DNA of 64,000 nucleotides from Eledone cirrhosa (GCA_964016885.1 OZ024742.1:154442001-154506000); one strand, 5' to 3'. Counted from the first letter of the stretch, positions 1 to 13,373 are shown. A program made the numbers and translations. The notes: generated from the letters alone by a model not told the origin.

Positions 1-175
1 ATCAGTAGGAGCAACATTATTAGAATAAGATCCGGAAAAACCAACACCGATGCGTGAGCGCACAGGGGGTTCGACTTGTCTCCTAGAGGTATTATATTTG
101 CTATTACGAGTCCGGTGGGTTAACTTATGGGTGGGTTCAGATACACCTATATAAATTCTACGGTTACTATACGGT

Positions 176-178
<3 letters not shown>

Positions 179-270
<92 letters not shown>
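179..270. repeat. (TA)n-(GA)n microsatellite, the first of many such tracts
   Basis: Direct reading of the dinucleotide run. Confidence 0.95.
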
Positions 271-271
<1 letters not shown>

Positions 272-1518
272 TGTGATTTCTCCATCTTCATACATATTTG
301 AATTTTCTTTGTGAAACCTTGATTCCATCGCCTTCAATACATTATTCGATACGGCAAGATTAAGATTCCTTTCCTCATAAGCGTTCCAACACAGGTCACA
401 TCATATTATGAAACCAAGGAAGTGGTGGTATTTCATTGATGCAAACCTGCATTAAATTACAACTACATGAAAATGCACAAAGTCAAAATTGTACCTAAAC
501 CGCAGAAGGAAATAATTCCAAGATATAAATTTCAAATACGAAAATTGTACATTTGTTAGTAATATTGGGCTATGGAAGGTGTAGTGTATTATGTAATATA
601 GAGTTGCTAATATTTATTAAGGTATAGAGTAGGTTTGTGTAGAATGTGTAATGCACTATGTAAGTATTGCAAAAGAAAGAGAGAGAAATATATCATGAAA
701 TTATATACATCAAATTAATTTAGTTGAAAACCAGTTGTATTTTTTTAGTATTTCCACTTACCAAGCAGTTGGATTTTGAGATGGAGACATCCTCTAAAAA
801 ATTAGTTCAGGGAGTTCTTATATGATTGATCATATATATTGCTTTGCTACTTTGTTTGCAATATCTTACTGTATACGCAATTGTATAATGTTGTTTACTT
901 CAATTCCATGTTGACATTCTCTTCAGAGTGAATACAACGATTAAACATTACACGCTAATGTAATAATAAACGATAAAATCTTCTCCTCTTAAAATATTGT
1001 CTAGACATAGTCTTGTGCAAAAGGAAAAAGATATTTAAAAGTTTATAAAGTTTTCATTGAATCGAGTATTGATGTCAGTTAAGAAATCTAAGCATTGCCA
1101 TATATAACTTCACATTTAAATATGCAACTTAATTTAAACATGTTTCGATTTAGGAATTCATACAATATAACGCAAATAAAAAGTTCAGTTTACTCTCCAA
1201 AACCTCATTCCAACAAACATTTGCATTGTACTGGGTTTAATTAAATGAATCCAAATTAAATGTATCCATAAGCAAACAAATAATAACCGACGTGGGTGAA
1301 CCTATGGTATATATATAATGATTGATAACTTTAACAGTATCCTGTCCCTCTCATTCCCACTTAAGTTAAATTTGACCACCAATAAATATTATTTGTATTT
1401 ATTTCCCTCTCCTAGGATATATCAATGTATTAGTGTGTCTACTCTCAAACACAAACAGACGCGCGCACACACACACACAAACACACACGTATCTCTCTCT
1501 CTCTATATATATATATAT

Positions 1519-2333
1519 GTGGTAGCTAAGTATATGTTATGTTTATACCATTACTTATTTGTATAGGTAAGTATATATTACCTGTATTTTTGTGAAGGTA
1601 CGTATACATTCTCGTACGTATATTTGATTGTACAAGTTATGGCGTATATTTTCATATATTCTGGTACATATGCTTTGGTTATGTATATACGTGAGTTTTG
1701 CATCTGTGTGAGTATGCGGGTTCGTACGTATGTAGGGTGTGTGTATATGTGTACTTCGTGTTTTGGTTGACGTTTTCCGAACATATGTGTATTTACATGT
1801 AGGTATGTGTGTGATCTTGTTATATACGTATTTATTTATTTATATACGTTTATTTAATTATTTGTATACACGCACACACATACATATTTATATGTGGTGT
1901 ATTTGTATACCTATGGCGAGTGTTTTCGCGTATGCTTGTGTATGTACGTATATGGTTGCGTGTATGTATTTATTTAATTTCTGTTACTTCTGTATTTTAT
2001 TTACTTTATTCTTAACTCTGAAGCTGAGAATCATTCGGTTTCCTAGTTAGAATTTTAGTCTACGACTTCAGTTATACGATTTACGTGGTTTTGTCTTTGC
2101 GTGCAATTGTTCTCCACGCTCCACATATGACGTATTAGATTCGTTTTTCCCCGTTCTTTGCCAGGGAACGTTTCCATGAACCAAAATATTGTCTTCCTGT
2201 CTTCCTCCGGTTGCAACGTTTTTTGAAATATTCACTTCTGCGTTCACAGATTGACTTTGTTAGTTTCAGAAGATCCCGTTAAGGGTGAAAGCAGCGATTA
2301 TTTGCTTAAACTTTAATCTGTTATTTTAATAAA
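1519..2333 (+). mobile_element. 3' non-coding/pseudo-LTR fragment of the YRDD-type PLE family
   Basis: Diverged reverse complement of about 13361-14325, which lies downstream of the PLE ORF at 14400-16163; ends at (TA)n. Confidence 0.85.
2247..2320 (+). ncRNA. Type I hammerhead-like motif with CAGAAGA core
   Basis: cagattga..agttt CAGAAGA tccc-gttaa-gggt GAAA gca..tgc TT aaact ttaatctg: three stems plus a bulged distal stem I. Confidence 0.65.
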
Positions 2334-2351
2334 TATATATATATATATATA

Positions 2352-2598
2352 TTTAAAAGTTAAACAAGGTTCAATGAATACATCAAATACTGAGTTTTAC
2401 AATAGATTGGAAGCACTCAACTGTAAAAACGGATTACCATCACTGAATCTTAATTTTCTACTATGTCAGGGTATGTCATGCATCATATTATTTTATCTGA
2501 TGAGGACGTACTGTTGAACTTAAATCAGTACCTCTTATATGTATAATAAAATATACTTGATCACAAGAATATTTATTTTGTTAATATTTTGAATTAAT
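2352..2598 (+). mobile_element. Short HHR-bearing element (family B) with an inverted 3' piece; GAAA box decayed
   Basis: 2463-2598 matches 12531-12665; 2352-2428 is the reverse complement of about 12690-12763; CTGATGA at 2497; (TA) runs on both sides. Confidence 0.75.
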
Positions 2599-2818
2599 AT
2601 ATATATAATTTCGTTTCTGAATTTGTTTAGCAGGATTCATTATCTGAAAACGTGTGTTGAAACCGATAGTGTTATGCTCTGGGAGGGTCATGTTGCCAAT
2701 AGAAACACACGCACACCAGTTGCTTTCACTTCAATTTATTATCAATTCAATTTATAAATTTAGGAATTTATAAATTTCCGGTTGGGTGCTTCCACAACCT
2801 GACGATTGTTCATATATT

Positions 2819-2861
2819 GTCAAAGTTCTTTCGTCACACAGTATGTGACCTCTTCAGTGAC
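2819..2861 (-). ncRNA. Minimal type I hammerhead (family A), intact core
   Basis: Minus strand: gtca CTGAAGA g-gtcaca-tactg-tgtgac GAAA gaac TT tgac. Confidence 0.8.
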
Positions 2862-3172
2862 TGGGGATTTTTTTCTTTGTTTTTGTGCCTATCCTTTGTT
2901 CGGTCCTACGTCATCTTGTTTTTGTGTGTGTTGTATGCTTAGTTTGCGCAAGTGTTACATCCGGGTGTCTGTGTGTGTTTATATTTGTTTATTTATTTGT
3001 TTATTTACCTGTTACTGGTTGGTTGTTTGTTCTATGTGCGTGTGTGTTTTCATTTTGTCCTTAATTGTAAGTTGTGATGTTGCTGTTCCATTCATGTTTT
3101 CTATTTAATTTTGGTTGGAGTTCATTTATGTTTATTGCCTCTGTGATTTGTCTAAACATTGCGTCTTTTTTT

Positions 3173-4400
3173 GTGTTAGCATTGCAGGTGACATAGCTAA
3201 CCTTTTCATGGTAAGGTGGGACAATATACTTAAACTTAAACTTAAAGAACAATTAGAATACGACAACCTCTTAACCCTGATTGTTTACTCCCGCTACGTT
3301 GATGATATAAACATCGTAGTTAAAACACCCCCACTAGAGAACAGTCAGGAATTAGAGAAAAACACAATGGAAAGCACCCAGCAAATAGCTAACTTCATCC
3401 ACCAGAGTATTAGAGTTACTATAGACTACCCGACAAACACCCCAACCATCGATTACCTGTACTAGACACAGAGCTCTGGTTAGATACCGTTAATAACAAA
3501 AACAAATCCTCCATTCCCCTTTATGCCAAACCCATGACTTCCAAATATCTGATCCACCGAAACTCAGCTGTTTCTGATCACACCAAAATCAACATACTGA
3601 TTGCGGATTTGGTACGGGTGATGAGAAACGTGTGCTGCATGTGCAACCCCAAAGAACTAGAGAGACACATACAACACTTCATCCACCGTATGCAGTTCTC
3701 TGGTTACAATCAGAGAGATAAAATCAGAGTATATAGAAGAGCCAGAACCAAATGGGAAAATAATGGTAACTAATGATACAAATGGGACCTGCCCCTTGCA
3801 TAGGAGCAAATTTTGAGATAGAATAGAAAGAACTAGGAATAAGGTTAATAGAATAAACTCATGGTATGATAGCAATACATACCAGTGTGTAATGTTCATC
3901 GATACAACCCCTATAGGTGAATTAGCTTACACATTTAGATGGGCCCTAGATAAACATAAACTGAATATTAAGATAGTAGAAAGACCAGTTATCTCCATAA
4001 ACACACTTATTAGCAATACCTCCTGTATAGAAAAGACCTCCCTATATAGATAAGAAATGTATAATCTGTAAACTAAGCCGCCATATTAACTGTAAAACTA
4101 GAAATGTAGTATATAGCATAAGATGTACTGAAGGACAATGTAGAGATAAGAATATAGTGTACATAGGTAAAACAGCTCGTAGTATAGGGGAACGGATAAC
4201 TGAACACTGGCGAGAGTTTCAAGATCGTAAAGAATCGTCTGTACTCCACCAACATGCTAAAATAGAACATAAGGGTAAATTAGAGAACATAGAAATAAAA
4301 ATAGAATCTACACACAGAAAAGACGCAATTTTTAGACAAATCACAGAGGCAATAAACATAAATGAACTCCAATCATAATTAAATGGAAACATGAATGGAA
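3173..4400 (+). pseudogene. Disrupted PLE reverse transcriptase plus GIY-YIG endonuclease
   Basis: GDIANLFM, YSRYVDDI, LPVLDTEL, KPMTSKYLIHRNSA, YIGKTARSIGERITEH, RQITEAININE across frameshifts and stops. Confidence 0.9.
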
Positions 4401-4624
4401 CAGCAACATCACAACTTACAATTAAGGACAAAATGAAAACACAAACACACATAGAACAAACAACCAAGCAGTAACATGTAAATAAACAAATAAATAAACA
4501 AATATAAACACACACAGACACCCGGATGTATCACATGCGCAAACTAAGCACACTACACACACAAAAACAAGATGGCGTAGGACAGAACAAAAGAGAGGTA
4601 CAAAAACAAAGAAAAGAATCCACA

Positions 4625-4667
4625 GTCACTGGAGAGGTCACATGATGTTTGACGAAATATCTTTGAC
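4625..4667 (+). ncRNA. Hammerhead (family A), A6G-mutated core
   Basis: gtca CTGGAGA ggtca..tgac GAAA tatc TT tgac. Confidence 0.7.
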
Positions 4668-5394
4668 AATACATGAATAATCGTCTGGTTGCGGAACCAA
4701 CCAACCAACCGGAAATTTATGAATTCCTAAATTTATATATTTAATTCATAATAAATTGAAGTGAAAGCAACTGGTGTGTGAGTTTCTATGGCAACATGAC
4801 CCTCCCAAAGCATAACAATATATATATATATATATATAGGAGGGTGTTAAAGTTTGCTTGAAGCATTGTGAAATGTGTATATATATATATATATATATAT
4901 GTTCATATAACCGCTTCATGCACCTCATAGAGTGGCATATGTAGTAATCAATTGTTTCCTGTGCCGATTTCTTCAACTATCAGTTGAAATCTAGATACTT
5001 GAATTCAATAATGCAATTACTGAATCAAACTCTATATAATAGGGTTTAACTCTCTTGCACTTGAAAGTTAAATGCATGCAAGTCACATATATCTCAAACA
5101 GTGGTAAGTTTCGTTTAGTTCATTAATTCCAATTCCATTTTCCAAACACATTCCTTCCTGTCGTTTCATTTAAGGACAATACAATTTTCCAAATGGCGGA
5201 TTAAGATTGCAATGTGTACGTCATCATGTAATTTATTCCTTTTCATTGGAAGCGCTAGATGATCAGATCAGTCATACTATATGTTATTCTAGTCTGATTA
5301 TGTAACGCCACCGTTAATGTGCACCGAACCAAGATGGGTGCACATAGGTAAGTGTATATACCTTCATAAGATTATGAATGTTAAAGATTACTTA

Positions 5395-5773
5395 GGTGAG
5401 AGCGTTAGACACCATGCTTTGTAGCATATTGTTATGGCCCTTTACGTTCTGAGTTCAAATCCCGCCGAGTTTAGCTTTGCCTTTCATCATTTAATCGATT
5501 TTTCCCGTCCTAAAATGTGCTGGTCTTGTGCTTAAAGTAGAAACAATTTTTATAATTATTATAAATAGGCAATATCGGTGAAGCGTCGGAAAATATGCTT
5601 TATGGCATAGGATTACGCCCCATTACTCTCTGAGTTCAAATCCCGCCAACATTAGATTTGCCTTTTCCTCCGTACGGGGTCGATAAATTAAAGCACCAAT
5701 AATTCACTGGGGTCGAATTAATCGACTTCCCCTCACCCGAAATTGCTGGCCTTGTGACTAAAGTAGAAACAAT
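5395..5773 (+). mobile_element. Two adjacent diverged tRNA-derived SINE copies
   Basis: B box gagttcaaatccc at about 5451 and 5632, conserved core, aaagtagaaacaat tail. Confidence 0.8.
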
Positions 5774-8700
5774 GGTTATTAGTGTTGTTGTAATTAATAT
5801 TATTTTGTTTTTCATTTGCGACGGATGTGCTCATATCGGCTCCAGAAGGTTGTTTATTTTGAATAGTTTTAAAGTGGAATTTGTTGAATATTTTTCTTAC
5901 GAACTCTATGTATGTGAAAAGGAGACCCCATAATATCTTTGCCTTCGGCCCAAATATTTCGAAGGCAAGAAGCTGAATTATATATCAGAAATGCTCAAGC
6001 TACATCACTTGGTCATCATCAGAATAAGGGAGGAGTAAAAGCAAAACTCACTGTCAATTCGGCGTTCATTTGTAATCTTGTCTATAGTCATGAATCTTGT
6101 GTAATGAGCGAAAGAATACAACACATTCCTCTGAATAGTGTTTAGATTAACGCTAGTTCATAAGTTATGAAACTCAGCAATCAGTTATTCAATCTAGATA
6201 GAGTCGCTTCGATGGACCTGTGGTTAGCATATCTAAGTAATATAACGGCAGCAGATCCAAGTGAAGACCAGGTGCTAGATCGCTGGAAACATCAATGAGT
6301 TCTGTGGGCCATCTGAATCATTTGAATATGGTTGTTTCTGATAGGACAGTTTGGAAGGCGTTCCTGCATACTCTTCTTCCACTATCTTCTAAGGAATAAG
6401 TAGGTGAAGAAGACTTCGACTCTTTCTTGAACACACACACACATACGCACACACGCACACACGCACACATACACACACACACACGTACACATACACACAT
6501 GCACACATACACACACACACATATTTATATATATTTATATATATTTATATATATTTATATATATATATATATATAAGAAGAAGAATTTGATCACATATAT
6601 TCAATACGGTAGATACCAAATACAAAATGATAAATAACAAATATTCTCGCCTGGCGAGAATAGTAATCTATATTATTTCTGATGTTTCATTCTTAAAGTG
6701 AGATACCTTTTTTTTAATTCTAAAAGAAAAAAAGAAAATCATGTGAATGTTTATTATGCTAGTGATGAGGATTAGGCTGCTACCAATAATATTGATGATG
6801 ATAACAACGACGATGACAAAGATTCTTTTGTTCTAATTCTCATATCATGTTTTCATATTACTGAAGTATAAACAATTTTCCTGTGTATATTTATTTACTA
6901 TACTTCTTGTTTGCTGTTTCCGTTATTTTCGTTTTCTAATTCTTTCGTCAGACAGATTACTATTTGACTTGACTGGCTTGATAAATATTTTACCGGGTTT
7001 CTCTTGAATCAGCATATTTTTTGTTTTTAATTATCGAAGCAAACACATGAGTAAAATGTTAATAAATAAATAAATAAAATGGAAAATAGGAAAAAAGAAG
7101 ACCTAAAACCTGTTCAATCTCTAATGTAATTGAATTAATTAATAAAATATAATGTCATGTTATGCTAGATTCATATAAGATATGTGTGCAATGCTCTCCG
7201 CTACGAGAATAACAGAAATATTATACCTACTTATTAAATTGCGATACAGATGAAGCTGAGTGTACTGATCCCAAATAGTAATAAATCAATATGTATCTAT
7301 TTTATTTATTTTATTTGTTGCTTCTATTGCCAGTGTGTTAGGAAAAGGCACGACTGGATAATGTAGATGTTTACTAGTTTCTGATATAGAACTTGTACTA
7401 CGCTGCGATTTTGTTGTTTATTTGGTAGGATGCGAACAAAACACTTATTTGGAAATGTTCACCATTTCATACTACGAAAACACAGAAAAATCCCAAATTA
7501 TGACGTATAAATACATGAGGATGTGTATTCAGGAAATTATATATAACTGGAATATTTATGAATTCATTTAGCATGTAATTGTTAAAAACTGAGTATCAGC
7601 TTCAGAATTTAGATTAGATCCACAGAGGAATTGTCAACATTATTGTTTCTGATATATCATGTCATCTTCAACCAATATTACACCATAACACTCTCTCTCT
7701 TTGAAATGTTTATAATTAATTTCATGTGAATTGTTCTGCTGATGCTTTTCACGATTTCAAACAGAACGCCATATTCGCAGCACATTCTCACAGTTGAAGT
7801 TCCTAAATTCAATCGCAAAACCTATTCCGTTCCTTTCCTCATTGCATAACTGGAATTCGCTTCCGGCTTCTTGCTTTCTTGGGACAGTATTCTCTGTCTA
7901 CCAAATTTTCCCTTCTAAGTAACCCCCTTGCCTTGCAATTTAGTGGCTTCATTGCCTTCCTAGGGAGATAAAAAAAAGGGAGATTTACATAGGTTGCCCT
8001 TATTGTTTAGTGTTTGGAACATAATTTCAATTTCTTTTACTACACACTGGCTATATAATTAATAGCATGATGACGTGAAATCAATTTCAAAAGGTCTAAA
8101 CTCATTTGCTATTTCTAAAACATTAATATAAAATTTCATAACATCAGCAACAACTTATTCGTGGAAGGAAAATATATCAGAACTGCATACATATACATAG
8201 TCTATAATGATCCTGAAACTATTGCTACCTCCTTTCATTATTATATCCTTCATAAAACAATGTATTTTATCCATTATGTGAGTTTTATGTATAACTAGGA
8301 GCAGAATATTTGATAAAATACACATTCTCAAGTTTTATATGAATTCAAAAGTTGCATTTAAGATCTTTACTGAACATTTAGAAAGAAAAAAAAATATATA
8401 TATACCTAAGAAATCCTACTATAATAGACGCTACATAAGATGCAGGACTCACATAAATATTCTAATAAACATTTCCTAGTGAGAAAGTAGTACGATGCTC
8501 TAACTGAATACTCTTTATCTCTGCACTTCAGAGTCTAAGCTTATATATATGCTGATATTAAATAAGGTTAAATAATTAATTTTATCTACGAAAGAAATGT
8601 AGTTTAAGCAAAACATCACAATACATTTTTTTTTGAACAAACGTTCTGAATATTAACTTAGTTGAATAGAAAATACACATTAAAGATATGGTAAATATAT

Positions 8701-9000
8701 AGGACATTGTAATATGAATTTGATCTACAGATGAGGGAAATATGTAGCCATAATTAAATATATATGAATTTTAATGAACTGAGAGTAACAGTAATTTTCA
8801 ATGATGGAATTATGTAAGACAATGAAACATGTTATACTGAAAACGATCACGCCTTGAGTATAACCTGAATAGCACGAGGTGTAAATAATGAGATTATATT
8901 CCACAATTCGTCTTTGCATCAAAAACTGAGGTTGGCGTTAATAACATCTATGTTATTAAAATTAGCTGTTTATATAGGCTGCATTATTACATGAACTATT

Positions 9001-9190
9001 GGGCGGTGGATTGGCAGTATCGGTAGAGGGTCGGACGCCATGCTTTCCAGCATAATTACGTCCCTATAATATCTGAGTTCAAATCCCGCTGAGGTTGACA
9101 TTGCCTTTCATCCTTACGTGGTCGATAAAATAAAGTACAAGTAATGCACAGGGTAATTACTGGCCTTGTGCCTAAAGTAGAAACAATTAT
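9001..9190 (+). mobile_element. Full-length tRNA-derived SINE; core resembles the Meta domain
   Basis: A box tggcagtatcgg, B box gagttcaaatccc, core gcctttcatcctt..gtcgataaaataaagtac; 18-bp TSD attattacatgaactatt (8983-9000 / 9186-9203). Confidence 0.92.
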
Positions 9191-11199
9191 TACATGAACT
9201 ATTGATTAAGTATATCTTTCGACTTACACATCAGGTTCAAGATGCAAACTTCACAGCATTGCTGTCATCTTCTTAGTAATAATTAGTGTGTTAACGCGTA
9301 CAAGATCATTGCAGAGATATAGCGTGAAACTAATATTAACATTTTGTACTGCCTCTTCGCTTCCTCGTTGTTTCTTTTGGTTTTCTATTTCAACTATATA
9401 TATATATATACTCTCGATATTTAGCTCTGGACATAGCTATCCACCAGTTAATTTTATTGCTCATTTTTTGTCGATTCTATTGAGTGATGAATAGCTTTTG
9501 TTTTATTTTAACATGTCTATTGAGCACTCTTATTCGATATGTGTATTTCCACATTCCCTCGAATTGTTTTCGCGGATATAGAGGTTATCTCCCTTGTCTA
9601 ATGCCATGTGCGTTAGATCGAGTATCGAAAAATCGGCGCACGAGTTCACGATAAACAAAATTCGAAATGAGCGGCAGAGGGCTCAATAATTCAGATGAAT
9701 CAGAGCTATAACTATCGTTAAAATACCGTCACATATAGAACAAGTCTACAATCAACCATACGATAAAAAATCGATAATAGAAGATTCGGGACAAACAGAT
9801 AAAAAATATCAATAAAACAATACGTCAATAATTTAAATGAATGTAAAATCATACCCGGACCCACTAGACAGGTGTTAAATCTAGCTTCATGGGTTTCTGT
9901 AAATCCTTAGACTGTACTCTATCAGCTCACATATAAATATAAAAGCCTACTAGAGTAAGCGGAACGGAGTTTACTTTCTCAACGAGCTTTTTTCCTGGCG
10001 GGAGAGGGGCTAACTACCAGTGAAAAACGCACATGGCATTAGACATATATATATATATTGATAACTTAGGTAATAGGAACTTTATTAATTATCGAACGAA
10101 ATGTTTATAGCTATCACTGAACAATGATTAACGTTTATATAGAGAGATAATTAAGCATTTAAGCAGTAGTTCAAAATTAAAGAACTTTAATATCTAGATA
10201 GTTTACATGGGAACAACTTTTATGCGGTAATGGTTTGGCATCAGATTGTAGATTGGTATAGCGCAAGGCGTAAGAAAAATCAGATAGAATATTTCCTGGT
10301 TTACTCGCTCAATTTATTCCTCGTCAAAACATAAACATTTCCTGAACTCCCTTACATGACCTTTTCAAACGCAAATACATTTCAGCAACAAAACTAACAC
10401 TAAACAAAACTTAAATAACAGCAACAATATCAGCAACACTAATGCCTGCTACTTGTTGATATTTACAGTGTTTAAAGTGCCTTAAGTTGTAATGTATAGA
10501 CATACATTTTAGCCAGGTGTTTATCTGATTTTAGTGAATCACGATTTCCTTGTCAACAGCTTCGTTTTTAATTTATTTTAATACGGATATCTTCCAAGTT
10601 ATCAGTATTCAGCTGTCGTATGTTTTCTATATAAACATAACACCTACTTCAGAAAGTATTATCCTTTATATCCCTTACACAATCAATCATTATATTTTTG
10701 AATATGTATTCGCATGGGCGGTTAATTAAGTGAGTCGTTAAAATGTCGGGTAGAATCATTTTTAGTATTCGTCCCGATTCCTTGAGATGTAAGTTCAAAA
10801 CCCACTGAGGTCAACTTTGCTTTTATTATTTCCAGGTTGATTACAATATGCAAGTTCGGTCCTGATGTCGATATTTTGTACATGTCTCTTTCTCGGTATC
10901 ACATTAACACTCTCTTTCTAATTTTCCTTCCAGAGGGCAAGGGCTCCGTCTCGTTTAACATACCGAAAATACACTCTATGCAACTATGGTGTATCTAGAG
11001 TTTAGTCAAAATGTACGTGTAAATGCTTACATATACTGTATATATATATATATATATATATACAGAGTAAATTTACACAGCTAATTTACCACAGGAAAAC
11101 TTATATTTTCTAAATGCTGGTCAAGATATGAGTGGTCTAATATTAAATCTGCATTCCGTAAATGTGTGAAAGAATGGGATATTACTTTTTGCACTACAA

Positions 11200-11830
11200 A
11201 GACATTCAACACTTCCGTGCTATGATTCTTTTAGGTAGGATTGGGATTGTAGGTCTTTTGTTCCTAAACAGATCCTTCGCAATTTTGAATTTGAGATTAA
11301 CGAAGACGTACCACATAATGGGATGTTGTTATGATGTAATAGCATGCCATAATACCATGTTGCAAACGTTCCATCACGCCAGATTTCGAGTTCAGACTTT
11401 CATTCCCCTGTACCACATGTGGCTTACGTTCAATTGTCTTCGTTCAGAATGTGTTCTTCTAAGACACATGTAGCGCTTCCAAGGCAAAGAAGACTTACAT
11501 CTTTGATGTGTATTCTGCTGATTTTGTCGACGTTACAGGTTTCAGTCGGCATCGAAATTGGAGACGTTTGCAAAATGTCGTTGCGTTTCTATGTTTTAAA
11601 ATATATTTTCGATCGTTATGGCAGATGTTGCACTTGTGATGTTGATGATGTTGTTCGGAGTTTCAGTGCGTTTTCATCGTCGTAGGTGTAGTTGATTTTT
11701 TGGTTGCTGTCATCATTGATGCTTTCAGGTATATTTATGTTCTTGTTTAGATATGGTATTGGCAGCCTATTAGATTCAAAGTATGAATGTTGCTGGTATA
11801 TTTGCTGTGTATATCATTGTTCCATATCAC
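11200..11830 (-). pseudogene. Possible very old LINE (RTE-like) endonuclease relic
   Basis: Faint peptides NNIINITSA and ISRIHIKDVSLLCLGSA, loosely like IISAYAPT and DKLILLGDFNA. Confidence 0.3.
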
Positions 11831-12103
11831 TCCCAAACAGGAAATAAAAATTCTTAATTTAATAAAGAAAGGGGTACCGTGAGTTTGCTGCTCCTTCCAG
11901 CAAATGTGTAGCATTGACTCCTACGCTAGGTAGATGATGCTGAGTGCAATTTGGATTCTACATGTCTCATTAAAAAATGGAGCGTTATTCTAATAAAAAT
12001 AGAATGTTGGCCACTAAGGGCTGCATTAACAGGACCATTCACTTTGCAAAACAAAATAAATATTTTAAATTTCATTCAGAGTGTTTCAACATATAAAAAA
12101 AAG

Positions 12104-12405
12104 AACTTAAGGAACAATTAGAAGACCCCTTAACGCTGATAATGTACTCCCGCTACGTTGATGATAGAAACATCGTAGTTAGAACACCCCCACTAGAGAA
12201 CAGTCAGGAATTAGAGAAAAACACAATGGAAAGCATCCAGCAAATAGCTAACTCCATCCACCAGAGTATTAGAGTTACTATAGACTACCCAAGTAAAGAC
12301 CCCAACTATCGATTACCTGTACTAGACACAGAGCTCTGGTTAGATACCATTAATAACAAAAAACAAATCATCCATTCCCATTATGCCAAACCCATGACTT
12401 CCAAA
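12104..12405 (+). pseudogene. Internal RT fragment of PLE family A
   Basis: MYSRYVDDRNIVV...LPVLDTELW; near-identical to about 3238-3545. Confidence 0.9.
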
Positions 12406-12431
12406 AATGTATATATATACATATATATATA

Positions 12432-12763
12432 TATTAATATTAATTTCAAATATTAACAGATATTCTTTTGATCAATTACATTTTAATATACATATTTCAG
12501 AGGTGGTTGTACCTTGATTAACCGTCTACCATGTCAGGTTATGTCATGTCATTTTAATTTTTTCTGATGAGGACGTACTGTTGAACATAAGACAGTCACT
12601 CTGAAATATGTATAATAAAATATAATGATCACAAACATATCTGTTAATATTTGGAATTAATATTAATATTAATAACTCTGGAAAATATTTATTGTAGAGT
12701 GCTTCCTATCTATTGTAAAACTCATTCGTTGATGTACTCATTGAATCTTGTTTAACTCTTAAA
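12432..12763 (+). mobile_element. Family B short element with inverted 5' arm
   Basis: 12432-12502 is the reverse complement of about 12598-12668; flanked by TA runs. Confidence 0.8.
12549..12627 (+). ncRNA. Minimal hammerhead (family B), intact core
   Basis: CTGATGA (12564) g..actgt/acagt..t GAAA tatgta TA ataaaat. Confidence 0.7.
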
Positions 12764-12778
12764 TATATATATATATAT

Positions 12779-13189
12779 ATAAAATATTAAACAAATAATG
12801 AATAAACAATTCCTTATATTAAACAAAAAAAGTTCATTATTTAACGATCGTTTCTAGGATATATATGTGTTAGAGTTGGCATGCATATTCAACAGATCTA
12901 TGTACAAAATTATACAAAATTATACAAACTATCAAGATTAAATATACATACCAACACATATATACGCCGTCTTCAGAAATAATCATTATTTCTGAAGACG
13001 GCGTATATATGTGTTGGTATGTATATTTAATCTTGATAGTTTGTATAATTTTGTATAATTTTGTACATAGATCTGTTGAATATGCATGCCAACTCTAACA
13101 CATATATATCCTAGAAACGATCGTTAAATAATGAACTTTTTTTGTTTAATATAAGGAATTGTTTATTCATTATTTGTTTAATATTTTAT
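12779..13189. repeat. Perfect palindrome with 205-bp arms and a 1-nt spacer (12984); element continues to about 13321
   Basis: Arms read as exact reverse complements. Confidence 0.95.
12984..13134 (+). ncRNA. Hammerhead with very long stem II (mirror copy on minus strand, 12834-12983)
   Basis: cattattt CTGAAGA cggcgtatatatgtgttgg...ctaacacatatatatccta GAAA cgatcg TT aaataatg. Confidence 0.8.
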
Positions 13190-13318
13190 CTTGACTCTGT
13201 ATACCGTTTATCTTTCACCGAAAGTGATTTCATTACATTTCTTCTTTCCATGATATCCGGAATACATTGAGTTCTTCATACGGATTGGACACTACCGTAA
13301 ACTCTTGGTAGATTTATC

Positions 13319-13365
<47 letters not shown>

Positions 13366-13373
13366 TAAAATAA

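Larger units (their letters stand above)
2608..4818 (+). mobile_element. 5'-truncated Penelope-like element (family A, C-terminal GIY-YIG) with an inverted 3'/pLTR copy at its 5' side
   Basis: Most of 2608-3176 is the reverse complement of about 4312-4818 (the outer ~60 bp match the family's longer 3' end at 37840-37903); both outer ends abut TA runs; RT and EN motifs inside. Confidence 0.9.

Noticed and set aside
270-460. Possible host exon on the minus strand (also 7750-7960 and 58260-58560)
   Set aside because: Stops interrupt the frames I translated; faint LINE EN/RT-like words suggest ancient relics, too weak to call.
9001-9090. tRNA gene
   Set aside because: A and B boxes belong to the SINE head; no cloverleaf.
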